Positions 28,414-37,313 of a stretch of 64,000 bases of DNA are shown in pieces (position 1 is the stretch's first letter; each line of letters opens with the position of its first letter). The notes under the pieces are model-generated. The model saw only the letters and a program-made list of their open reading frames with translations, was not told the DNA's origin and did no database searches. The position numbers were made by a program, and so were the translations under genes. Origin of the DNA: a virus (lineage: Duplodnaviria; Caudoviricetes); IMG/VR virus record IMGVR_UViG_3300025723_000017, positions 64,001 to 128,000 of that record. One strand, written 5' to 3'.

Positions 28414-29028
28414 TTACAGCGTGCTTGCTACGCTTACAGTTTGCTTGTTAGCTGTAATGCTAACTAAGTTAGCTAGTGCAATAGTGCGCACTTTTACAGT
28501 ATGTAACACGTTGTTAGCTACGTTGTGCGTTACAGCACTTTGCGCTAGCAGTTTGTTGCGTGCGCTAGCAGTTAAGTATTGTGCTACTTGTAGCTTAGTT
28601 GCTAATTGGCCGTTAATAAAATACATACTGCTAGCGTTGTTAAATATAGCGTATAAGTACAGCGCATTAGTTTGCTTGTGCTTAACTATGCTATGTACGT
28701 TAGTGTGTGTAAAATAGTTACTTTGCGTTGTAAAGTTAGCTACGTTGCTAGCGTTGTTAGCTTCAATATTATTTGCACTTTTTTGTACAGCGTTAGCGTA
28801 AACGTTAGTAAATGCGCTAATGTTGCTAAAAAGTTGCACGTTAGCACTAACTACTTTTTTAATGCTAACTAAGTTGTGTTTTGCGCTAGTAGCTACTTGC
28901 GTAACGTAGCATACGTTAGCAAACGTAGTGCTTTTGTTAGCAAGTAATACTTGTATAGTTTGTGCGCTAATTGTGTTAGCGTTAGCGTGTGCTGTAAGTG
29001 CTTGTTGTGCTTGCTGTAAATTTAACAT
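28414..29028 (-). CDS. Early hypothetical protein lacking D/P/W
   Basis: 204 aa; three stacked promoters upstream; one E and one G only. Confidence 0.7.
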   Translation of the reverse strand: MLNLQQAQQALTAHANANTISAQTIQVLLANKSTTFANVCYVTQVATSAKHNLVSIKKVVSANVQLFSNISAFTNVYANAVQKSANNIEANNASNVANFTTQSNYFTHTNVHSIVKHKQTNALYLYAIFNNASSMYFINGQLATKLQVAQYLTASARNKLLAQSAVTHNVANNVLHTVKVRTIALANLVSITANKQTVSVASTL

Positions 29029-29074
29029 TTTTGTTTACGCTTATAAAATGTGTTTAAGTTGTTTACTGCAACTA

Positions 29075-29282
29075 AATTATACTGCTAACTGCGCTAATTT
29101 GCAAGTGCTACTTTGTTGCAAAAAAACAACGCTTGCTAACTGCTGTACTGCTTACTATGCAGTAATTATACTGCTAACTGCGCTAATTTGCAAGTGCTAC
29201 TTTGTTGCAAAAAAACAACGCTTGCTAACTGCTGTACTGCTTACTATGCAGTAATTATACTACTTGCGTAGCTAATACGCAA
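29075..29282 (-). repeat. 89-bp tandem repeat of stacked promoters (TTGCAA-N17-TATAAT) with GTTG-N8-CAAC
   Basis: Units start at 29075, 29164 and 29253; related copies at about 29697 and 29788. Confidence 0.85.
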
Positions 29283-29297
29283 GTAGTATTTTGTAAG

Positions 29298-29645
29298 TTA
29301 TGCGCTAGCAAATAAGCGCAACAATACGCTATTGTTGTCCGTTGTTACAATTTGCGCATTGTAACGCTTTGCAATAATTAGCAAGTTAGTGCATACTTGC
29401 GCTTTAGCTACTTTAACTGCTATAAACTTAGCACGCAAGTTAGTATAAACACGCTTAGTAAAATATTGTGCTTGTACTGCTTGCGCTAGTGCTTGCGCTT
29501 GTGCGTGTTGTTCGTTTGTGTACAAGTGCGCATTTTTTGCATTTTGCGCTTGCACTTGTAACACGCTTATATAACGTGCGTGCTTTACAGCGTTGTTTTT
29601 TGTTGTTAAAACAACGTGCGCTACTGCTTGAGGCTTTTTTTGCAT
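29298..29645 (-). CDS. Early hypothetical protein
   Basis: Two promoters upstream; leader AAGCGTAAACAAAATG shared with the 29028 gene. Confidence 0.65.
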   Translation of the reverse strand: MQKKPQAVAHVVLTTKNNAVKHARYISVLQVQAQNAKNAHLYTNEQHAQAQALAQAVQAQYFTKRVYTNLRAKFIAVKVAKAQVCTNLLIIAKRYNAQIVTTDNNSVLLRLFASA

Positions 29646-30002
29646 TTTGTTTACGCTTTATAAAATGTTGTTAAGCTACTTGTTTACTGCAAGCTAAATT
29701 ATACTGCTAACTGTGCTAATTTGCAAGTGCTATTTTGTTGCACGTTTACAACACTTGCTAACTGCTGTACTGCTGTACTGCAAGCTAAATTATACTGCGC
29801 ATTGTTTTAATTTGCAAGTGCTATTTTGTTGCAAAAAAACAACGTAATTAACGCTTGCAATTTAGCGCAAACGACTTTACAATGTAGTTGTTGTTAGCAG
29901 TTAGCAGTTAGCAAGTGTTGTTTTTTTGCAACAAAGTAGTGCTTGCAAGTTAGCGCAAAATGCGTTACAATGTAGTTGTTGTTAACAAAAAGGAGCTGTA
30001 CT

Positions 30003-30233
30003 ATGTTAAATAGCACAAACGTTCGTCGCCTAGGCGAGATGGCGGCAGAATTTGGCCTTGATTCTTTTTTCAGCACAATGCGAGTGTTGCATAATTGCGA
30101 CAACAAAGACCAGCTTAATACGCAGGACGAAGCTGTACTGTATAACATAGCAGAGGAAGCTGTGCAATACGTTGTGCAGTATCAAATGTCAGCACTAAAA
30201 GAAGCTTTAGCAGAACTTAACGCTAAAGTGTAA
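30003..30233 (+). CDS. Early hypothetical protein
   Basis: TTGCAA-N17-TACAAT promoter, AAGGAG RBS. Confidence 0.65.
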   Translation: MLNSTNVRRLGEMAAEFGLDSFFSTMRVLHNCDNKDQLNTQDEAVLYNIAEEAVQYVVQYQMSALKEALAELNAKV

Positions 30234-30321
30234 CAAAAAAGCACTTGCGTTTTAATAGCGCAAGTGCTACAATGTAGTTGTTGTGCAGTAAGTAGTTTAA
30301 CTTTTAACAAAAGGATCTACT

Positions 30322-30555
30322 ATGAGCGTAAAACGCCTAGCTGTTTTTGCCCGTGAACGCGGCCTGGATGACTTCTGTGACGTCATGCTGACACTGGACC
30401 AAATGGATCAGAAGGGAGACCTGATGCCAGGAGACCCCATCTTTGATCTGCTCGAGGATGTTAACGAAGAGTTAACACGCTTTATGAGCCTGTACCGAAC
30501 CCGCATGCTCAAACCCGAATACGTGCAGACCTATCCCGAGACTGCACTGGCTTAA
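30322..30555 (+). CDS. Early hypothetical protein, weak paralogue of 30003
   Basis: VKRL...E.GLD.F; own promoter and RBS. Confidence 0.65.
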   Translation: MSVKRLAVFARERGLDDFCDVMLTLDQMDQKGDLMPGDPIFDLLEDVNEELTRFMSLYRTRMLKPEYVQTYPETALA

Positions 30556-30558
30556 ACC

Positions 30559-30580
30559 AAGGGGCTCGGGCCCCGTTTTT
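30559..30580 (+). terminator. Intrinsic terminator
   Basis: GGGGC-TCGG-GCCCC followed by a T run. Confidence 0.7.
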
Positions 30581-30646
30581 AGGTTGAAATCTGCAGGCCA
30601 AATTCTGCAGACCAAATTCTAGGATCAAATTTCTCAGGAGAACTAC

Positions 30647-30844
30647 ATGGCTTCAGTAGAAGGCAAGACCGTCAAGGTGGGTGACTACGTTTGTTTTAAA
30701 TCAGACTTTGAGCAAACGGGCAAAATTGTCAAAATTAACGGCAATAACTTGACCCTGTTCAGGGATGACGAGGGGTTTGGCGGCGACTACATTGGCGGCG
30801 AGAACTACACAACGGTACACGCCGCCGACTGTTGGATCGATTAG
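30647..30844 (+). CDS. Small SH3-like hypothetical protein
   Basis: VKVGDYVCFKSDFEQTGKIVKI; AGGAG RBS. Confidence 0.6.
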   Translation: MASVEGKTVKVGDYVCFKSDFEQTGKIVKINGNNLTLFRDDEGFGGDYIGGENYTTVHAADCWID

Positions 30845-30848
30845 TCCA

Positions 30849-30869
30849 GGGGCTCAGGCCCCATTTTTT
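30849..30869 (+). terminator. Intrinsic terminator
   Basis: GGGGC-TCAG-GCCCC-ATTTTTT. Confidence 0.7.
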
Positions 30870-31246
30870 GTTTATTTTCTTGGCCTCAAAATCTAGGATG
30901 AAATTCTCAGAGTCAAATTCCCAGGGTCAAATTCTTGACCCTCATCTCCATTATCAAATCTGCTAGACCAATCTCTCGTCAGCCTCTGACTCCACAGGCG
31001 AAATTCCCAGGGTCAAATCGTCATGGCGAAGGTCATACACAAGGCCAAATCTTTAACGCTACACGACAGAATCCTAACCTTGACATCACCTCTAGCCGTT
31101 GATGTTGGTCTACGAAGTCTAGTTCTGTCTACGACAGGGTCAAATCGTCTCGCCAATATTAAATCCCTGAAGGGATTTTGTAGAATTGACCTTTGCTGTC
31201 AAAGGTCTCGGCTAATGTCTAAGCCTCTGTTTCGCAGGGTCAAATC

Positions 31247-31453
31247 TTAGACTGAAGTCTGCTGCCTAAGTCTCAGGATAAAGGCTTCGTGTAGCTCGTC
31301 AACTTCTTCCTGCCAAAGATACAGGTCAGTTCTGGGATCGTAGTATTGACCTTCACGTACATCATAGTAAAGAACACGCCCTGTGGCAAAGGCATAGGGA
31401 CCTTCTAATCCCGGGCGAGGTTTGTAAGGCCAAGTTGCAGATTTCTGTCGCAT
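31247..31453 (-). CDS. Hypothetical phage protein
   Basis: GLEGPY...GRVLYYD..EGQYYDPRTD. Confidence 0.55.
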   Translation of the reverse strand: MRQKSATWPYKPRPGLEGPYAFATGRVLYYDVREGQYYDPRTDLYLWQEEVDELHEAFILRLRQQTSV

Positions 31454-31655
31454 AATAAAGTCTCGATATTGAAATTTCAAACGTGTCGTCTAAGACGAAA
31501 AGTCTAAGATTGAAGTCTAAGATTGAAGTCTATTTGGGAAAACATCGCCCTAGGATCGAGGCCACAAGCATAACACCTAGAACTGCCAGTGCAGGATAAG
31601 TTAGATAAAATATCAAGTTTAACACGTTTGTCTCCCCTGCCTGTAGGCTGAGCTG

Positions 31656-31823
31656 TTAACTGTTGATGGTGCGGAAGGGACTGTAAATGTCTTCAACCAA
31701 TCGTTGCTGTGCAGTGGGACTCCACTGGCTGAAATCCTTAACTGACCCAGCCTCAAGATATATTCCTGTCTCCTGCTGCTGTGTATAGTCAGGGTCTTCG
31801 TATACTACTTCGAATGATGTCAT
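31656..31823 (-). CDS. Early hypothetical protein
   Basis: ATG at 31823 downstream of a cassette promoter. Confidence 0.55.
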   Translation of the reverse strand: MTSFEVVYEDPDYTQQQETGIYLEAGSVKDFSQWSPTAQQRLVEDIYSPFRTINS

Positions 31824-31872
31824 TGCGTCAATCCTGGTTAAAATATTATTATACTGTCTGGGCTCCTGTCTG

Positions 31873-32139
31873 TCAAGCCCAGGTGATTTCGGTACCCTGG
31901 ATGGTGTGATCCAGTCCCTGCTCGATGACATAGAGGTCTACGGTATAGCCATTCCGCTTCAATAGTTTAGAGGCCAAATACCATTCGTTACTAGAGGGGC
32001 GCGACCAAAAAGAACCCCCCAATCGAATACCTCGTTTTCCTGACTCCGCGGCATCTTTGATCAAGGGATAAACTGCCTCCACCTGTTTTATATGGTCTGA
32101 TTCCATTAACTGTTTAGCCTCGGCTGCTGTGATCTTCAT
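31873..32139 (-). CDS. Early hypothetical protein (ITA..A family)
   Basis: Paralogue of 32894-33162 and 48086; stop codon lies in the next -35 box. Confidence 0.65.
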   Translation of the reverse strand: MKITAAEAKQLMESDHIKQVEAVYPLIKDAAESGKRGIRLGGSFWSRPSSNEWYLASKLLKRNGYTVDLYVIEQGLDHTIQGTEITWA

Positions 32140-32213
32140 AGCGGATTCCTGTTGGGTTACTTAACAGTGATTATAACTGACAATGATGTAATTGTCACCC
32201 GATAAGATAAGGT

Positions 32214-32447
32214 CTACTCCAGCTCTTTGGTCCGCATCGCTGCGTATATCAATGCCGCGCTGTCGCGATTGCCCTTTAGGTATGCTTCAACGTAAGGTCG
32301 TAACTCCTCGTCAAAATTGGTAAGGTCGTAGTGCTTACAGCCCCCGCATCCGCCCATTGAATGCTGAATACTTGCGTCCATCATCGCTCGTGCAACCCGT
32401 TCCCCAAATTCTTTGACTTCCTCTGATGGGTAGTTGGGCACATTCAT
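32214..32447 (-). CDS. Early hypothetical protein
   Basis: Cassette promoter and GAGG RBS; CGGC motif. Confidence 0.6.
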   Translation of the reverse strand: MNVPNYPSEEVKEFGERVARAMMDASIQHSMGGCGGCKHYDLTNFDEELRPYVEAYLKGNRDSAALIYAAMRTKELE

Positions 32448-32530
32448 ATTAAATCCTCGCTTTCGTTCTTTAGTGTACTGTGATTATACCCAAAATTGAC
32501 GTAATTGTCAACCCCTGTTGAAGAAGTTGA

Positions 32531-32833
32531 CTATTCTGTTGCCGGTTGTCTAGCGGCAACGGCTGCAAGTTCAGCGGCATTGTGCTGTTGAGCAGCCACT
32601 GTACGCTTGGCTTCCTCATGTATACGAGTTCGCTGTTCTATCATAGCCGCCGCCACCATACGCTTGGCTTCCTCATGTATGCGAGTTCGCTGTTCCATCA
32701 TAGCCGCCGCCACCTCATATGCCTTTTCCGCTAGACGGTCGTTATCTATTCGTGTTCCGACTCGGGCCAACAGTCCCGTCATAGCATGGGCTGCCAACTG
32801 ATCTAACATCTCACGTTTTTTGTCATCGATCAT
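32531..32833 (-). CDS. Early hypothetical protein with internal duplication
   Basis: DQLAAHAMTGLL...AYEVAAAMM; EQRTRIHEEAKR x2. Confidence 0.65.
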   Translation of the reverse strand: MIDDKKREMLDQLAAHAMTGLLARVGTRIDNDRLAEKAYEVAAAMMEQRTRIHEEAKRMVAAAMIEQRTRIHEEAKRTVAAQQHNAAELAAVAARQPATE

Positions 32834-32893
32834 AGTCTTGCTCCGTATCGTTTAGTGTATAACTATTATAGCCGTTTTTGATTTAATTGTCAA

Positions 32894-33162
32894 CTACCAG
32901 GATATTTGGGTACCTGTATCTTCTGTCCGATGTAATGACCGTAAAGACTTCACCTTGAACCCTTGTTTTCTTAATAGGTCACAGGCTACAACCCATAGTA
33001 CTTCGGGAGGATTACTGTCTCCGCCAGTCCAAAAAGGACCCCCAATCGAATACCCCCGTGACCTTTTGCCGCGGCCTCTTTAATATAAGTATACACCTTA
33101 GCTACTTCTTTCTCTGCTTGCTGGAGGGCAAGTTTTCTAGCTGCCTCTGCTGTGATCGTCAT
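32894..33162 (-). pseudogene. Frameshifted paralogue of 31873 (or sequencing indel)
   Basis: MTITAEAARKL...GIRLG; one extra G in the G5 run at about 33040 restores GPFW...GTQISW*. Confidence 0.6.
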
Positions 33163-33367
33163 TGAGGATTCCTGTTTGTTTACTGTATAGCTATAATAAC
33201 TGACAATGATTTAATTGTCAATACCACAATGTTCTAATAGTGCCTGCGACAATTCGTCACTTAACGTAGGGTTGACGTTGGATTTGATATGTGCTGCCCA
33301 CACCCTGTACCACCCCTCTCTTACGCGGTCCAGGACCGCTTGGCCCTCAGGGGTTTCAATCCAGTCA

Positions 33368-33643
33368 TCATTGATGCACGTCATCATCTACTCCAGTTGT
33401 TAATGTACTGTGATTATAACACCTGACTATTAAATTATCAACTGACACAACCGCTGTGTCAAAGCCCTGTACATACCCCTCCTGGTGACTCAGGGTCATG
33501 TGGTGATGAATCCAGGCTTGGAATCCTGCTAGGTCTACCTCCTGAGTTTTTACCCACTCGTACATCTGGACTTCGGTGATGTCTGCCATCGCATAGGTTT
33601 TATTTTTACTTGCTATCTGGTTAGATGAACGAATGTATCGCAT
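33368..33643 (-). CDS. Early hypothetical protein
   Basis: ATG at 33643; RBS and first codons are duplicated in tandem (33620-33694). Confidence 0.5.
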   Translation of the reverse strand: MRYIRSSNQIASKNKTYAMADITEVQMYEWVKTQEVDLAGFQAWIHHHMTLSHQEGYVQGFDTAVVSVDNLIVRCYNHSTLTTGVDDDVHQ

Positions 33644-33741
33644 AATAACTCCTTTTCTGGTTAGATGAACGAATGTATCGCATAATAACTCCTTTGAGTG
33701 GTAGTCTACTGCTATTATAAACAGAGACGTCGTAATTGTCA

Positions 33742-33893
33742 AATGGTAGAGGGATTCGAACCCTCACAGACGAGTCGGTCGTGTTCGCTCGTCCCAACAG
33801 TTTTTGCCATGAACACGAGGGATGGGGTTACCCGTCATCTCCTATCCGTATCGGCTCGTCCACGTCGGCGGATACCATTTTCGCCATACCATA
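33742..33893 (-). ncRNA. tRNA-like RNA with a multibranch domain replacing the anticodon arm (about 150 nt)
   Basis: Acceptor ATGGTA/TACCAT, D arm GCG-AAAATGGTATC-CGC, T arm GAGGG-TTCGAAT-CCCTC; inner stems GACGAG/CTCGTC and TCGTGTTC/GAACACGA. Confidence 0.65.
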
Positions 33894-33984
33894 TTGAAAT
33901 ACACTTACTGGATAAACTTGCTACGACTGGGCGTAGTCACCTCTAGTTGGCTTTATCACATCCACTAATAAATGTACTTCAATA

Positions 33985-34100
33985 TGGTGTCTAACGTGGG
34001 ATTCGAACCCACAATGTGCAACGGTGTCGATGACGTTACCATCATCGGGGGGTTTAAGCATCCCACCGCCGTCTGCGACTCTCCAGATCGCCGGATAGAC
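33985..34100 (-). ncRNA. tRNA-like RNA with expanded anticodon/variable region and encoded CCA (116 nt)
   Basis: Acceptor GTCTATC/GTTAGAC + A-CCA, D arm GCGA-TCTGGAGAG-TCGC, T arm GTGGG-TTCGAAT-CCCAC, GTAA-tetraloop hairpin. Confidence 0.7.
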
Positions 34101-34184
34101 AAGGTATTAAAATACATTACGCTGGTCTACGTCCAGTTGCGCTTTTGACTTCCATCGCATATAAATGTATTTCAATATAACTAG

Positions 34185-34213
34185 ATTATACTAGATGTTG
34201 ACGTAGTTGTCAA
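34185..34213 (-). promoter_or_regulatory. Sigma70 promoter for the tRNA-like pair
   Basis: TTGACA-17-TATAAT. Confidence 0.8.
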
Positions 34214-34347
34214 CCCGCTTCAGTAATGAAACCCCTAAGCTTCTGCTCCGGCACCGACTGTAACAACTCCGCCAGGGCAGTCAAGTCTTCATTTCTAATG
34301 TCAACCTGTATCTGCAATAACACCATGTCAATTAGGCTGCTGTCCAT
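34210..34347 (-). CDS. Small early protein (45 aa)
   Basis: MDSSLIDMVLLQIQVD...; GGGAG RBS, own promoter, stop in the next -35 box. Confidence 0.55.
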   Translation of the reverse strand: MDSSLIDMVLLQIQVDIRNEDLTALAELLQSVPEQKLRGFITEAG

Positions 34348-34474
34348 CGTCTACTCCCGTTTGTTTACTGTAACTAAATTATACTGAGAATTCCTCAGTC
34401 AGTCAAGCGTCGGCAATATTACTCTGCCGACAGATCAACTATGCCGGCAGAGGATACTGGGGATTACAATGTTG

Positions 34475-34756
34475 TTAATACATTACAATGTTGCTGATAC
34501 GCAAATACGTGTCGTAACTGCAATAATCACGCTTTGCAGGCATTACACGCACGCGAGCCTGGGGATAGAGTGCTTGCAAAGCATCAGCAACAAATTGTAG
34601 CTGTGCTGGACTAGTGCTGTGATAAAAGCCGTAGGCTACGCTACGCTTGTTAGCGTCTAGACGACTTGTTTTGTTAGTGTAAGTACACGTAGGGGAGAGG
34701 TTAGCGTAGTCTAAGAACTTTTTTGCACTGCTGCGCACTTGTGTAACTGTTGGCAT
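34475..34756 (-). CDS. Early hypothetical protein
   Basis: Cassette promoter/RBS; GA/TC-poor codon usage. Confidence 0.6.
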   Translation of the reverse strand: MPTVTQVRSSAKKFLDYANLSPTCTYTNKTSRLDANKRSVAYGFYHSTSPAQLQFVADALQALYPQARVRVMPAKRDYCSYDTYLRISNIVMY

Positions 34757-34811
34757 TACTAGCTCCTGTTTGTTTACTGTAAAGTTATTATACTGCGGGT
34801 CCGGCCGATTG

Positions 34812-35081
34812 TCAAGCGTTATTTTGCATTAGCTTTTTTAATACTGCTTTGTTGCAGTCAACCAATGTCAACGCTGTATTACTGCGTTGTTGCAATTTAG
34901 CAATGGCGTCAGCAAGTTGACCAGAGGTAGCAGTATCACTAAGAGTAGCGTAGTATAACGCATTTCTAGCGTTAAAATTGTTATGTATGTCAGCAGTAAC
35001 AACGAAAAACTGCGCACTTAAATTCTTCTTAAGACGAACAGTTGCGTACAGTGTATTCTGTGCAGAGTTTGTGTTTAACAT
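34812..35081 (-). CDS. Early hypothetical protein
   Basis: AAGCG-type leader as in the 29-kb genes; no Glu. Confidence 0.6.
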   Translation of the reverse strand: MLNTNSAQNTLYATVRLKKNLSAQFFVVTADIHNNFNARNALYYATLSDTATSGQLADAIAKLQQRSNTALTLVDCNKAVLKKLMQNNA

Positions 35082-35173
35082 TTTTGTCTACGCTTATGAA
35101 AAATTGTTTAACTTGTTACTGTAAAACTATTATACTGCCTAACTAACTAATAGTCAAGCAGTATAACATTACG

Positions 35174-35500
35174 TTAGCAAAAAATGTCGTCATGCAGTGC
35201 ATAGTCCATGTACATAGTGCCGTCTTCTAGCACCACTACGCTTACATTGTTAGTGTAGCAACTTGTGCTGCCGCTCATATCGCCCATTACTGCCAACGCC
35301 TCTACTACTTGCACGCTAACAATTTTGTCTGCAATATTAGCAAAGTCCTGCACTGTGTCGTATGCGTCCTCGTCCAGTGTGTAGCACGCCAGCAACGCTG
35401 TGTCGTCTCCGTCATAGTCTTTAACATCGTCTGCTATGTCAGTGTTTTTAACTTGCGTTAGCTTAATAAACTGCTTGCCCAAATCTTGTGCTATAAACAT
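35174..35500 (-). CDS. Acidic early protein
   Basis: Asp-rich 108 aa; TTGCAA-type promoter. Confidence 0.6.
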   Translation of the reverse strand: MFIAQDLGKQFIKLTQVKNTDIADDVKDYDGDDTALLACYTLDEDAYDTVQDFANIADKIVSVQVVEALAVMGDMSGSTSCYTNNVSVVVLEDGTMYMDYALHDDIFC

Positions 35501-35734
35501 ATACGCTCCGTTTTGTTTACTGTAACTAAATTATACTGCTAACTACGCTAATTTGCAAGTAGTGTTTTGTTGCTGCTCAACAACACTAACTAACTGCACT
35601 ACAACTAGATTATAAAGCAGTATTATTAAAAAGTCAACCCCTTCAAAGTGTTGTATGTATACAACATTGATAAAGCTCTTGACAATTACGTCATTATGCA
35701 CTATAATTATTTAAGTTAACAAACGGGACAAATT

Positions 35735-35965
35735 ATGTTGCAAAACACTATTGTAGTCAACAATAACTCTGTAACTGTTGCTAATGCGCAACGCCCTTTT
35801 AGTAACAATTTTTTGTTTAACCGTGCAATTAAAACAGTACGTACCCGCAACGGCCGTGACGCTTATGTTGTTAGCGTAACGTGTGCAGCTGACAGCAACG
35901 AGCCAGGGCGTGTGTATTTTTGTACATATACAGCAAAAGGCACACTCTTAGAGTGCCTATGCTAA
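35735..35965 (+). CDS. Early hypothetical protein
   Basis: TTGACA-17-TATAAT at 35679. Confidence 0.6.
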   Translation: MLQNTIVVNNNSVTVANAQRPFSNNFLFNRAIKTVRTRNGRDAYVVSVTCAADSNEPGRVYFCTYTAKGTLLECLC

Positions 35966-36041
35966 AGTAGTAAAATACTGCTTGACTATTGACCGGTCCT
36001 GCAGTATAATAACAGTACACTTAAACAATTGGAGCGAACCC

Positions 36042-36293
36042 ATGTTTGATATCTCTCGTATTGCCCGTGTTTACAACGGGCGGATTGGTTGTATGTGCGG
36101 CTGTAACGGCAAGTACAGCTACAATGAGGGCGTGCCGCACGAGGACTGGCAAGGTGAAGTCAACGTGCGTAGCGTTAAAATCATTGCTGGCAAAGTGTTT
36201 AAGAATCCAAAGGCCAACTACACAGAAAGCCCAACGTATGTATTCGTTGAGGACCGAGCCAGGAATCGTATGCAGGTAGTTTACTTCAAGTAA
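36042..36293 (+). CDS. Early hypothetical protein (GCMCGC motif)
   Basis: Own promoter at 35982, GGAG RBS. Confidence 0.65.
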   Translation: MFDISRIARVYNGRIGCMCGCNGKYSYNEGVPHEDWQGEVNVRSVKIIAGKVFKNPKANYTESPTYVFVEDRARNRMQVVYFK

Positions 36294-36295
36294 TC

Positions 36296-36320
36296 AAAAT
36301 GGGGCCGAGGCCCCATTTTT
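36296..36320 (+). terminator. Intrinsic terminator
   Basis: AAAATGGGGC-CGAG-GCCCCATTTTT. Confidence 0.75.
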
Positions 36321-36663
36321 CAGTAGGTATTTGACTGCACAGGGTCAAATTCTGATGTCAAATTCTATCGGCCAATTCTACAGGCCAATTCCCACACTTG
36401 AATCCGCATCATTCCTGCCGCTTGAGAATCTTCCCATCTAAGGGTTAAGTATTAGTCCTGAGATTTAAGTCGTGTATATGAATGATATGCCCTCATCAGA
36501 CTGGTGGTGTCAATACAGAATTAGTTCTTCCCGCCAGCTGACTAATCTCTCATCATGAATCAAGGTTAGCCTGGGGCTAACCTTGATGGTGTCGTCTAGG
36601 ATTTGAATTCTACAGACCAATTCTAACCCGCAAATTTTAGAATTGACGTCTGCAATATCAAAT

Positions 36664-37248
36664 CTAGGATTTGAATTCTAACTGCGGAATCTCGTTGTCT
36701 TCTTCTTCCCACTCTGACATCGTCACGCTGATATTAAACGCATGGTCGATATCTTCAGGCACGTTCTCCTCAACCCAGTCGCTATTGCCCTGGATTGTAA
36801 TAGTGTTTTCACCTGAACCCGTATTGTACTCGCCGCAAAAGCCTACTCCTGGCTCATAGTACATGGCTTCAATGTGAAAGCCCAGCTCCTCCAATTCCCG
36901 ATATGCTTCGACCGGAGGTGACCACGCTGATTCAAAGTTTAACTGCAATCCGTTTTCAATGTCCTGCCATCCCTCGCCGCCCACGTCCCATTTGGTACCC
37001 CATTTGTCCACGCAAAAGTCATACCACGTAGCATAACCGTAAACAGATAAATTTCGTACAATTTTGGCTTGGTTGGCTGCTTCCTCGACATCATCACCAA
37101 ACGAACCTGACACCGTGTCTTCAAGGTCTCGGGGAATGGGAATAAAGGTCTGTAATAGCTTACCCTCCTTGAACCCGTCTCTAGCACGAGACGTCATTGA
37201 GGGATCTTTGTGTGTTAGCACTACTGCGTTCTGGCACCAATTGGGCAT
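36664..37248 (-). CDS. DUF1281/YubB-like ferredoxin-fold protein
   Basis: MPNWCQN, WYDFCVDKWGTKWD, FESAWSPP, YYEPG.GFCG. Confidence 0.7.
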   Translation of the reverse strand: MPNWCQNAVVLTHKDPSMTSRARDGFKEGKLLQTFIPIPRDLEDTVSGSFGDDVEEAANQAKIVRNLSVYGYATWYDFCVDKWGTKWDVGGEGWQDIENGLQLNFESAWSPPVEAYRELEELGFHIEAMYYEPGVGFCGEYNTGSGENTITIQGNSDWVEENVPEDIDHAFNISVTMSEWEEEDNEIPQLEFKS

Positions 37249-37313
37249 ATCAGCTCCTGATGTGTTGAATAATTGTCACTACAACTACATTATACTCGAT
37301 ATTGACGAAATAG

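Larger units (their letters stand above)
28291..29990. other. Tract almost devoid of GA/TC/GG/CC dinucleotides
   Basis: Only 9 such dinucleotides counted by eye in 1.7 kb. Confidence 0.9.
30580..31250. repeat. Block of degenerate CAAATTC[CT] repeats
   Basis: e.g. CCAAATTCTGCAGACCAAATTCTAGGATCAAATTTC and GTCAAATTCCCAGGGTCAAATTCTT. Confidence 0.6.

Noticed and set aside
29075-29282. CRISPR-like array
   Set aside because: Units are fully duplicated 89-bp promoters with no unique spacers; no cas genes.
28421-29674. Plus-strand ORFs 28421, 28672, 28928, 29468
   Set aside because: Shadow ORFs. TGA can hardly occur in a GA-free tract, and the promoters and leaders here point to the minus strand.
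28291-29990. Low-complexity sequencing artefact
   Set aside because: The tract contains long ORFs, correctly spaced promoters and the GTTG-N8-CAAC motif found elsewhere in the window, and its exceptions coincide with required amino acids.
31023-31250. 75-aa plus-strand ORF, and the 47016-47219 minus-strand ORF
   Set aside because: Both lie in AAATTC-repeat blocks, lack an RBS and have repeat-derived composition.
33698-33946. 82-aa plus-strand ORF (also 43021-43272)
   Set aside because: Antisense to the tRNA-like RNAs and their promoters; no RBS.
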